Source of the DNA: Bugula neritina
Lineage: Eukaryota > Animalia > Bryozoa
Length of the DNA stretch: 64,000 bases
NCBI GenBank assembly: GCA_964035545.1
Contig: OZ037765.1
Span: 34,620,080-34,684,079 of the forward strand
Direction of reading: 5' to 3'
Both the position numbers and the translations under genes were made by a program. Of this stretch, positions 27,701-38,949 are shown one piece after another. The notes beneath the pieces are model-generated. The model was not told the DNA's origin and searched no databases. It worked only from the letters and a program-made list of their open reading frames with translations. Within the stretch, counting starts at the first letter, position 1. Each line of letters opens with the position of its first letter.

Positions 27701-30700
27701 TGAAGGGGTAGCTATCCACCCCACTTCTTGTGAAGGGGTAGCTATCCACCCCACTTCTTGTGAAGGGGTAACTATCCACCCCACTTCTTGTGAAGGGGTA
27801 GCTATCCACTCCCACTTCCTGTGAAGGGGTATGTTTCTATTATATTATTTAACTGTGCAGTTTATACTTCACTGTAGCAAATACTTGACCTTGGTGCCAT
27901 GGAGCTGCTCGTGTCCTTGACCTTCAGCAGCAGGACGTCGCTACGCCTGAATGCAGTCTGGGGTCTGATGGTGAGTCAACATGTGATATTTTATGATATG
28001 TTTATGATATGATATAATGTGATATATCATATGTTATGATGTGATATATGGTATGATATGATATGTAAACTGGCAGTAAAGGACTGTGTTGTGTTCTGTT
28101 AGTCAATCAACATGTTAGAAATTCTCTTCACTTCCAGCTGATTGAAGTTGCCTGTTCTATGTGTCATGTGACTTCTTTGCTAGAACATGATGTTCCAAGC
28201 TGACCAGAAGGTCAAAGGTCAGCTCATCACCAAGCTGGGGAGTGACCAGCTGTTCTGTCTCCTCCGTGACCCGATTCCAGACATCGTGATGAAAACTCTC
28301 GGACTTCTGCGTAACCTGCTGTCGCCTAAACGGGATATCGATGACATCATGCGACAGAGTGGCGAACAGGTACTCTCTCTTGCCGCCTTTCCTTCAGTAT
28401 GACACCTGTCACTCCTCCAGTATGACACCTGTCACTCCTCTAGTATGACACCTGTCACTCCTCTAGTATGACACCTGTCACTCCACTAGTATGACACCTG
28501 GCACTCCTCTTGTATGACACCTGTTACTCCTGTAGTATGACACCTGTCACTCCTCTAGTATGACACCTGTCACTCCCTTAGTATGACACCTGTCACTCCT
28601 TCAGTATGACACCTGTCACTCTTTTAGTATGACACCTGTCACGCCCTTAGTATGACATCACATGTCATTCCTCTAGTATGACACCTGTCATTCCTCTAGT
28701 ATGACACCTGTCACTCATATAGTATGACACCTGTTACACCCTTAGTATGACACCTGTTACGCCCTTAGTATGACACCTGTCACTCCCTTAGTATGACACC
28801 TGTCACTCCTCTAGTATGACACCTGTCACTCCTCTAGTATGACACCTGTCACTCCTCTAGTATGACACCTGTCACGCCCTTAGTATGATACCTGTCACTC
28901 CTCTAGTATGACACCTGTCACTCCTCTAGTATGATACCTGTCACTCTTATAGTATGACACCTGTCACTCCCTTAGTATGACAGCTGTCACTCTTATAGTA
29001 TGACACCTTTCACTCCTCTTGTATGACACCTGTCACTCCACTAGTATGACACCTGTCACTCCTGTAGTATGACACCTGTCACTCCTCTAGTATGACACCT
29101 GTCACTCCACTAGTATGACACCTGCCACTCCTGTAGGCGTAGTCAGTCTAATGAGACAAGAAAGTAACAAAAGAAATTTTGACGACTGAAACATTTTAGT
29201 CGTCTATATTTTATCGACTGTATTCTATTTGTTTTAAGAGATATCATTAACCCCTCATTCACACTTACTGTACCGTAGGCCGTAACAGCAAATATCGGCC
29301 ATTTTTACAATGTCTGAGCTTCCTGTACGGCGTTTTGGTACGTTAGGATCAAGCACTGCTTAATTCAAAAATGTTGTGACGGACTCCTGTTGGACAGAAA
29401 AACTTTTGCGTTAACTCATTGGATATAATTGTCCAATGAAGCGTCATAGATCGTACCTAATAGCGGACTTAAAAAATTCCAGCCCAAACACATTAAAAAC
29501 GGCTGATATTTTACGTTACGGCCTACAGTACGGTAAGTGTGAATGAGGGGTTAATGATAAACTCATGTGAATAGAGTTGTTTTCCCATGTAGTTTGTGAA
29601 ATAGCCTGGGTTCTGTGTTGCAGGTCATACAGGCTGTGGTGATGATACTGGAGAGCGATCATACTGCTGAGATTAAGGAACAGGTGCAGTTGGCTATCTG
29701 AGAATATTTAACTTTGTTGTTTAGATTTATACAGCACATAGTCTGTCATATACAGTATATACTCTGTCATATACAGTATATACTCTGTCATATACAGTAT
29801 ATACTCTGTCATATACAGCATATACTCTGTCATATACAGTATATACTCTGTCATATACAAAATATACTCTGTCATATACAGCATATACTCTTTCATGTAC
29901 AGTATATACTCTGTCATATACTCCTCTGTGATTGGATGTTACAGACGCTGTGCATTCTGGGTAACGTAGCTGACGGAGACTCCTCTAAGGATTACATAAT
30001 GAACAATGATGACATTCTAAAGAAGGTTCTAGACTACATGGTGTGTATCCTGTAGTGTGTTATATAATACTGTGTGTATCCTGTAGTGTGTCATATAATA
30101 CTGTGTGTATCCTGTAGTGTGTCATATAATACTGTGTGTATCCTGTAGTGTGTCATATAATACTGTGTGTGTCCTGTAGTGTGTTATATAATACTGTGTG
30201 TATCCTGTAGTGTGTCATATAATACTGTGTGTATCCTGTAGTGTGTCATATAATACTGTGTGTATCCTGTAGTGTATTATATAATACTGTGTGTATCCTG
30301 TAGTGTGTTATATAATACTGTGTGTGTCCTGTAGTGTGTTATATAATACTGTGTGTATCCTGCAGTGTGTTATATAATACTGTGTGTGTCCTGTAGTGTG
30401 TTATATAATACTGTGTGTATCCTGCAGTGTGTTATATAATACTGTGTGTGTCCTGTAGTGTGTCATATAATACTGTGTGTATCATGTAGTGTGTCATATA
30501 ATACTGTGTGTATCCTGTAGTGTGTCATATAATACTGTGTGTATCCTGTAGTGTGTCATATAATACTGTGTGTATCCTGTAGTGTGTCATATAATACTGT
30601 GTGTATCCTGTAGTGTGTTATATAATACTGTGTGTATCCTGTAGTGTGTTATATAATACTGTGTGTGTCCTGCAGTGTATTATATAATACTGTGTGTATC

Positions 30701-31896
30701 CTGTAGTGTGTTATATAATATTGTGTGTATCCTGTAGTGTGTTATATAATACTGTGTGTATCCTGTAGTGTATTATATAATACTGTGTGTATCCTGTAGT
30801 GTATTATATAATACTGTGTGATGGTGTGTAAAGAGCACGTGCTCATTTCATATCCAATTGCTGACCCTGTATTATGTACCTCCAACCTGTAGTTTTGTTA
30901 TAAATTCATCTCAATTCAAATGTTCGGCAGCAACACACGAGCGTAAAGCTGCAGACGGCTGCCCTTATTTGTGTCAACAACCTGATATGGAGCACCGACA
31001 GCGGCCACCAGGACAGGAAACACAAGCTGCAGTCCATAGGCGTCTGTAAGATCATAGAGCAGCTGGAGCACTCGAAGGACAAGGCACTAGCTGACAGGTG
31101 AGTGTAGACACTAGCTGACAAGTGAGTGTAGACACTGGCTGACAGGTGAGTATAGACACTAGCTGACAGGTGGCACTAGCTGACAGGTGGCACTAGGTGA
31201 CAGGTGAGTGTAGACACTGGGTGACAGGTGAGTGTAGACACTGGGTGACAGGTGAGTGTAGACACTGGGTGACAGGTGAGTATAGACACTAGCTGACAGG
31301 TGGCACTAGCTGACAGGTGGCACTAGCTGAAAGGTGGCACTAGCTGACAGGTGGCACTAGCTGACAGGTGAGTGTAGACATTGGCTGACAGGTGGCACTA
31401 GCTGAAAGGTGAGTGTAGACACTGGCTGACAGGTGAGTGCAGACACTAGCTGACAGGTGGCACTAGCTGACAGGTGGCACTGGCTGACAGGTGGCACTGG
31501 CTGACAGGTGAGTGTAGACACTGGCTGACAGGTGAGTGTAGGCACTAGCTGACAGGTGAGTGTAGACACTAGCTGACAGGTGAGTATAGACACTAGCTGA
31601 CATGTGAGTGTAGACACTGACTGGCAGCTGTCACTGTGAGACACTGACCTTAGGCCAGTTCTCAAGACCCTGGGGCACAGCCTGTTGACTCAATAATTAC
31701 GAGTTAGGATAAACCTAAAGTCACCAAAGTGTACTACTAAATAATGGAACATTTTATAAAAGGAAGACTTCTAATTGCTAGTTCTAACAATGCACTATTC
31801 CATCATACCATAGCCGCATAGCATCTAATACATGTCTGTTGGTGTTTCAGTGCCAAGACTACACTGTGTCAGTTTGAGGGAGCTGAGGCTAAATGA
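21785..31896 (+). CDS. ARMC8: Armadillo repeat-containing protein 8 (CTLH/GID E3 ligase subunit)
   Basis: 17 exons: 21785-21793 (MTM, least certain), 22609-22676, 22907-23121 ([13 protein letters not shown]), 23314-23504, 23605-23688, 23782-23948, 24893-24953, 25132-25326 ([24 protein letters not shown]), 26663-26746 ([10 protein letters not shown]), 26953-27117 ([29 protein letters not shown]), 27520-27609 ([17 protein letters not shown]), 27878-27970, 28184-28369 ([12 protein letters not shown]), 29624-29683, 29945-30040 ([11 protein letters not shown]), 30931-31097, 31851-31896. Confidence 0.93.
24216..24866. repeat. Intronic minisatellite, 30-bp unit TATTTACTCTTCTTAGTGTTAAACTGTCAG, about 21 copies
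   Basis: Direct inspection. Confidence 0.95.
25585..26652. repeat. Intronic minisatellite, 43-bp unit, about 25 copies
   Basis: Unit ACTAATAGACAGTGTAGTTAGACATCTATGTTGTAGTGTAGAT; ends about 10 bp before the acceptor at 26662. Confidence 0.95.
27118..27519. repeat. Intronic satellite, 15-bp unit AATATGTGTCTATAG, filling the whole intron
   Basis: Runs from the donor GTACGT to the acceptor TCTATAG; translates as (YRICV)n. Confidence 0.93.
28396..29135. repeat. Intronic minisatellite, 23-bp unit AGTATGACACCTGTCACTCCTCT, about 32 copies
   Basis: Direct inspection. Confidence 0.93.
29251..29550. mobile_element. piggyBac-type MITE, 300 bp
   Basis: TTAA|CCCCTCATTCACACTTAC... and ...GTAAGTGTGAATGAGGGG|TTAA; TIR of about 36 bp with 2 mismatches; TTAA TSD and CCC/GGG termini. 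Confidence 0.85.
30041..30820. repeat. Intronic minisatellite, 31-bp unit GTGTGTATCCTGTAGTGTGTTATATAATACT, about 25 copies
   Basis: The first copy supplies the donor GT. Confidence 0.95.
31085..31620. repeat. Tandem array built from the exon end plus 5' splice site (CACTAGCTGACAG|GTGAGTGTAGA)
   Basis: 24-bp and 17-bp unit variants, starting inside the exon. Confidence 0.93.
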
Positions 31897-32560
31897 CTAG
31901 AAATCGCGACATGGTACATGAATCTACATCCGTCTTAGGAGTGCTACTAACTGTTAGTTCAGAGTAGTAGGTTCAGGGTAGGACTAACAGTGAAACTATT
32001 TACTATGTGCAGTAATGTAGTATTTAGCTAAAACAAACCATTAGCTGATTTTATTAGCCAATAAAGTATTTGTGGTTTTAATTGTTTCCTGAAAGTAATG
32101 TTGTTACAAGTAGAAACTAACAAACCATTTGAGTATTTACTGGATTTGTCTCCTCTTTAGCTGTTAGCTCCTACCAAGTGGAAGTTGGGTTTTCCAAGTA
32201 TAGCTATTTAAAGATGCCTATCAGTTTATGGTTAAGTTTTGAATTTAAATGTACACCCAGTGAGTGTATTGCTACCTTTTGTTCTATTTATAATCTACTG
32301 TTCTATTTATAATAATCGAGTCGGTTTCAATTATTGTACTTTGAAAGTAAAGCTCACTTTTATTTGCACTTTTTATTTATTTTTTGGTGAATCATTTTTT
32401 ATCACAAATATAAACTTGCTCTGTTTTATATTTGATACATTGTTCGGAGTCAATCGCTGATGTTCCATGCAAAGTTTTACTCGTATACAGAAATAAACAA
32501 CCTTAATTAGTGGATGTTATAGCAATATTTTTATTCATTGTGTAAATTATAAAACATGTG

Positions 32561-35500
32561 TCACCAAATAAACAGAGGCATGCCATCATCAGCAGACATC
32601 ATTGCAAGACACTGAAGTAGTATAAGAATGTCATTGACCTCTTGCGCGGTCGCGAACCTTCGCACGAGTTCCCTCAGCAAGCCCTCTTCATGAACCGTGA
32701 CCACAACGTGCTGCACGTCTGATTTGCTCTGCTTCATAACGCCATATTTGTTGACCAGCGAAGACGCGAAGTTTGCGTGGTACGGGAATACGTAGCCTGC
32801 TGAATGTAGAGACCTCATAACAAAAGCATATCTGTCTATCATCACTTCCTTGATCTCTCCGGTCTCTCTCTCGATAATATTCTGTTGTAGGTTGACTACG
32901 TTGTACCCGTAGAAACTCTTGTACTTGCACTGCTTGTTGAACTTGCCGTTCAGCACAAAGCTAAGAATGCGTTTGTCAAGCTGGAATGCTATTTCTCCCA
33001 ACACCCTCTGGTGGTTGGATTCCAGCAAACTTATTTTGTCCAGATTGTGATGTCCGTTGTCACCAGCACTTCCCTTGGCTTCCACCAACATGGGTGTCTC
33101 TGGTAACCCCCTGAAAGACTTTGTGGGGGAGCATTGCTGCTCCTTCGGCTGTCTGGCTTCACCAAAGTTTATCGGTAGCGCTGCCTCTGATCTTCTGTTG
33201 CACTTGAGTGGCGGCTGTTTCTGTTTATATTTACCTAAAATAAATCATATGCCATATCTATCTTTTGTTTATATTTACCCACAATACATCATAATATAAT
33301 GATGTTTAAACCCACACCAACCTGCACACATAACTCTTGGAGGTGCACCTTCTATAGAGCTCACTCCACTCACAGTTTTCCCACTACCTCTCTGCAAAGT
33401 GTACGTCTTGTTTAGATCTACTTTACCCAACAAATTTCTTCTGTTCTCCTAAAACCGTACCCAGCTGTTCAAACATTTGATGTTATGCATTCATAGACCT
33501 GAAGTTATGGGCAATTATTTTACCACGTTCTAAAGTATTTTAATAACCTTTGCCACTAGCTTTTTATGTTTAAGTTCTGCCGGGTTTGAGGGGGCGACAT
33601 GGAGTCCTCTATGTTCGCAATGTTTCCAATGATGCACTAGATTTCTATGACTCATCTCTTTCGCTTTTCCTCGGTCTGATTTAGCCAAGAATTCCTTGAC
33701 CTTGGAAGTCGTTCGTGGAAAGTAATTGGACTGTGCATTGTCAGTAGAATTCAAATTCAGACCTAAAAATTTAGTTAATAAAACAATAGTCAAGTCAAGG
33801 CGTTCACATGAAACATATTCTCTCAGTACTGTTTGTGGCAAAGTATGTCATCATATTATACTATATAATGTTCTGTAGACATTATCTTATACTGTGTACA
33901 ACACTGTAATATGTCTGCTGTTCACCATTTCCTCCAATAACTCCCTAGTTACTGGGTCATGGGCAATCTCTATTTTGATGCATGAACATACAAGTGCTGG
34001 ACCATTTACTATTTTGAGTTTTATTAGTGATGAACCAGTTGCTACTTTGAATTAAATTATTTTGATTTAGAACTGTGCATGTGAGTTATCAGTCGCTGAC
34101 TCGTGATAATACTCCTTCAGTTATAACTGTCTGGGGAGAAGGTTAGCTTACACATAATATAAACTCAGTGAATCACCAAACTCAGTACGTACTAATTCCT
34201 AGAGAATATAAACTCAGTAAGTACTGATTTCTAGAAAATATAAACTCTGTACGTACTAATTCCTAGAGAATATAAACTCAGTACGTACTGATTCCTAGAG
34301 AATATAAACTCAGTACGTATTAATTCCGAGAGAATCTAAACTCAGTACGTACTAATTCCTAGAGAATATTAACTCAGTACGTACTCTCAGCATCTGACTC
34401 ACTCTCCCAGTCAGTCAGTCCCTGTTGCTTGTTGTTGACATTGCAGTTTGCTGACTTTGGTTTTCTAGATGCTGACTTTCCCCTCGCACCTGTTAGTAGA
34501 GAATATTTATTATAGATTTATTGCAATATGCACATGAATTTAAACTTCTCATTTGATGGATATGTTCAGTGTTACACCTACAGTAGGGGTAACGGCGGGC
34601 CGAGTTTTGCATTTTTCGCTCTCATTCGTCTGTTTTTCAAGTTACTAGTTCAATAATCTCTAGTCTTAATGCTGCATCTGTTGTCTATTACAGGTATCAG
34701 TTTGTTGTTTCTATCTCTCTCACAACTTTCAGAATAATGAAATTTTCATGACGAAAAAATCGGCCCATTGTGCCCCGGTACCGGGGTACAATGGGACACA
34801 ACAAATATATTGAAACTTTGCAGATTTTGTTGCATTTGATCTTTATTTATTTATTATTACAAATAAATAAAAATATTCTTTCAGACCTAAAACAAAATTC
34901 ATGTTTTAGCTGTATACAGTTTGTGCCACCACGGATAGCAGAGGAAGGCAAAATCAAACGCACATCACTAGGTTCTACGGTGCCATTATCATTACCGTTC
35001 AGAACTAAAAATGTTTTTTATTTTCACTTCAGAGGAACTTTTATTAGAAAAAAAAACTTTAGTAACATGTGCTACAAAATTTTGAGTGGACTTTTTTCTA
35101 TAAACTGTAGCTAAGGTGCATGGCTCCAGTTTGTGGCTGAAGTGCGGAAGGGAGAGGCCGGGGGAGGAAATGAGCAGATCACAATTTATTTTGGTCAAAT
35201 ACATGTATATTCCCTCAATGATATAATGTATAATGAATATCATGACTATCTACTAGTAGCAACAGCAGAGTATTTTGTATTATGTATAAAATGGCAAAGC
35301 TTTAACCTCACCAGATGTATATATTAGGGGAACTTCACTTTGTAGTTTTGTAGTCTTACCATGATGTCTTTGATGATTTACAAAAAGGTCAGAAATGGCT
35401 ATATCTATAGATTTTAGTAACATTTCAACCAACTTTTTGGGCAAACAAACTAATAACAGTGATCAGGGTGCAATAATCAGGTGGCCCATTGTACCCCAGT

Positions 35501-37674
35501 CAGCGTGGCCCATTGTGCCCCTGATGGCCAAATTGAACATAAATGTGCCTCAAGGAAAATTTATTTTAGAGTTTGCTGTTATACTAGTTAAGCAGTGTAG
35601 AGACAAGCAATGGAAACAATATCAGTAAAATCTAGGCTTGTTGCCTTTGAGTGTAAAAAGTTCTAAAGCTTTAACACCATCTTAAAAATTTTACAAAAAG
35701 TAGGTAAAAGCAGTTTTTGACTTGCCTTTTCAACAAGTATGTTCTGCAAGTGTTGAAACTACAAAGGCTGAATATTTATGTCAATACCTTTTATGAAAAA
35801 CAATCACAACTCTAAGTCAATAAGTTCTCTCACAATTTGGCCGGCTTTTTGTACCCCTATGACCGTTGTGCCCCCCCCCCCCCCCCCGTTACCCCTACTA
35901 CTCACAGTACTACTACCAGTACTACTACCAGTACTACTCACAGTACTATACTCACAATACTACTACCAGTACTACTTTCAGTGTTACCCTCTGCGCTACT
36001 CACACAGCTCTACTCACGTGATGATGCTCGCAAGTTTCCTCTGGTAGAGTCTTTCTGTTTAGACTTGGTTTTTGGAGCAGCTTTTCTGGGGGCACAACTC
36101 CTCTCCAAGATGTCCTCCAGCTCTGTGCTGTCCATGGAAGGACTTCTGAGTCGGCTGGTTTCTCTTTGTCTGCGGAATACACTTGTGTCATGTGACCAAC
36201 ATACACTTATGTCATGTGACCAGCATACACTTGTGTCATGTGACCAGCATACACCTGTGTCATGTGACCAGCATACACTCGTGTCATGTGACTGATGTCA
36301 CTGAGAAGATAAAAGTGTACCTGTCACGAGAGTTGTCTCCCCTACCCATCTGTGCTAGTAGCTTGTGATCTTCAGTTAATTCTCTTTCATAAGGAGAGTT
36401 GAAATTCCTACTTCTTGACTGCAAAATAAAGAACATAGTTTTAAGGCATCAATCATACTAAACATATAATTTTCTTTCTTTTTTAATTTTTTGTAAAATA
36501 TTTACCCGAGAGTCAAAGTCTCCGTATCCGTGCTGCTCTTTATACACAGGTTCTGAGGCTAGGTCAGGAGCTGTCAATATACAGTCAATATACATTCAGG
36601 GTAAACTCACAGAGTATACTTATATATAGTGTGTTCATAAAGTATACAGGTAGATTTCACAAGTGCAACATTCTTTGTGCATTTACCTCTATGCCTGTCG
36701 CAGTTGATGTGATGCTGATCCAAGAGGTGTATTACATCAGACATCAATGTTAGACCGTGAAATCTCAGTGCCTCTTCCTTCAGGCTGAGTTGATCCTTCA
36801 GCAACTCGTTCTCTCTGCTCAGGTAAATATTCTCGCTCCTCAGTCGGTATAGAGAGTCATCTCCAGAGTGTGTCTGTCGTCTGTCACTACAAACATGCAT
36901 CTCTGTGTTATAGAGGAAGGGATAGTGTGGTAGAGCAGCTAGTAGGGATAGTGTGGTAGAGCAGTTAGTAGGGATAGTGTGGTAGAGCAGTTAGTAGGGA
37001 TAGTGTGGTAGAGCAGTTAGTAGGGATAGTGTGGTAGAGTAGCTAGTAGGGATAGTATGCTAGAGCAGTTAGTAGGGATAGTGTGGTAGAGCAGTTAGTA
37101 GGGATAGTGTGGTAGAGCAGTTAGTAGGGATAGTGTGGTAGAGCAGTTAGTAGGGATAGTGTGGTAGAGCAGTTAGTAGGGATAGTGTGGTAGAGCAGTT
37201 AGTAGTGATAATATGCTAGAGCAGGTAGTAGGGATAGTGTGGTAGAGCAGTTAGTAGGGATAGTGTGGTAGAGCAGTTAGTAGGGATAGTGTGGTAGAGC
37301 AGTTAGTAGGGATAGTGTGGTAGAGTAGCTAGTAGGGATAGTATGCTAGAGCAGTTAGTAGGGATAGTGTGGTAGAGCAGTTAGTAGGGATAGTGTGGTA
37401 GAGCAGTTAGTAGGGATAGTGTGGTAGAGCAGTTAGTAGGGATAGTTTGGTAGAGCAGTTAGTAGGGATAGTGTGGTAGAGCAGTTAGTAGGGATAGTGT
37501 GGTAGAGCAGTTAGTAGGGATAGTGTGGTAGACTCACTTGATAGTAACTCTCTTTGAAGGACTCTGGTGACCAGAGTAGCCACGTGCTGACTGTGCACGC
37601 ATGTCGTCAGCGCTGCCTCCAGAGGACAGATCTGAGTACCGCAGTGTCTGTGCTCTAGATGATGAGTAAGTCAT
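32561..37674 (-). CDS. Speriolin-like protein (SPATC1/SPATC1L family)
   Basis: Last exon 32561-33234 encodes RVLGEIAFQLDKRILSFV..FYGY..LVNKYGVMK..LLQCLAMMSADDGMPLFIW, matching the Speriolin C-terminal domain. Coiled coil LRSENIYLSRENELLKDQL in 36687-36886. Other in-phase exons: 37538-37674, 36506-36570, 36321-36418, 36018-36169, 34403-34489, 33548-33762, 33322-33448 (middle exons less certain). Confidence 0.8.
34581..35899. mobile_element. Non-autonomous Tc1/mariner/pogo-like TIR element, about 1.3 kb
   Basis: TA|CAGTAGGGGTAACGG at the left end and CCGTTACCCCTACT at 35886-35899; internal reiterated GGCCCATTGT(G/A)CCC motifs at about 34762, 35483 and 35507; no transposase. Confidence 0.7.
36919..37531. 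repeat. Intronic minisatellite, 26-bp unit GGGATAGTGTGGTAGAGCAGTTAGTA, about 23 copies
   Basis: Abuts the donor at 37537. Confidence 0.95.
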
Positions 37675-38890
37675 TGCGGCAGCACTCCTTGGCAGCAGTT
37701 ATAGGAAGGCAAGAAGTTTCATTCAATTAGGTTTCTTTTCTACCTCAATATGAATACATTTGTATTTGTAGTAAGTTCCAATTATATTCATGCTAATGTT
37801 TGAGCAACATGTGTTAAATGATGACCACTAGTTCCACTGTTGAATGAAATATATTCGAAATATTCTACCAACAATCAGGAAAGCTGAAAAAGATTTCACA
37901 TGTATTGTTGAGCTTGCAGCTGACTCAGGATATTATATAGTTGATTACTCCATTGTTGAGAAGAAGTGAAATGAGTGGCTCATTTGCTATGAGTTGTAGT
38001 ACATTACTTGTACTATATCTTGTGATTTAGTCTGATATTGACTTTCAGTAGTTGTGTGCTCTTGGAATAGTGAATTACATGATCTAGAGGTTAAGAGCTA
38101 AGTCTATACCAGCTAATATAGTCCAGTATCAGTGGCCAACCCTTATATTTATCAATGAATATTATATGGTTTGTTAGTTGCCACAGATAAACACAATATG
38201 GGAATTTCCATCATTCCAAAACATTGTTTATTCATATCATAATCCCAACGCATACCACAGCAGAGTAATAAAGTACATAATATGGTGCTTTAAGTAATAT
38301 ATTGTAAAAAAACATATTGAATGGTTAACATAACAGGTGTAAAATAAATATTTAGTTATACATGTTGTAACCAGTTACAGCTTTATGAAGAGATAGGCTG
38401 AGAAATAGGTGATTGCTAGTGTACGTCTGACTAGGATCACCGGGTTGTTCTAGGACTAGTTTATCATTAGTTGCTCCTACACCCAACAGTATGGATATGT
38501 GAGACATGAATAAATATATAACAAGAAAATGACTTATGATTTTATAGCTACTGCTTGCATAATATAAATACTAGACTGGTTTTGAAGCCATCTATATAAC
38601 AATATGCTGTCATATATTTATAATATCTATTATAATGTACCGCCATATTTTTGTAATATGTATTTTTTAAGACTAGTAATAATAGAACATGGCAAGTATA
38701 GATATACTGTTAGAGTATAGATGTACTGAAAGAGTATAGATATAAGTTTATAGAGTATAATTTGTTTCCATTAGTAAATATTATATCAAATATTCTAGAA
38801 TTTCATTGAAAAATATTTCTACTTTCATACAAGACTTTCCAGCAGAAATAACAATCTTGAAAGAAGCCAAGTTACAGAGTAGCTGGTGGC

Positions 38891-38949
38891 TAAGGTCAGA
38901 GGTCACAGAGGTCAGAGGTCACAGAGGTCACAACTAAGGTCAGAGGTGA
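38891..38949 (+). promoter_or_regulatory. Cluster of six AGGTCA and one AGGTGA direct-repeat half-sites (putative nuclear-receptor elements)
   Basis: Spacers of 1, 3, 1, 3, 6 and 1 bp; two TAAGGTCA octamers. The sequence is certain; function is untested. Confidence 0.4.
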
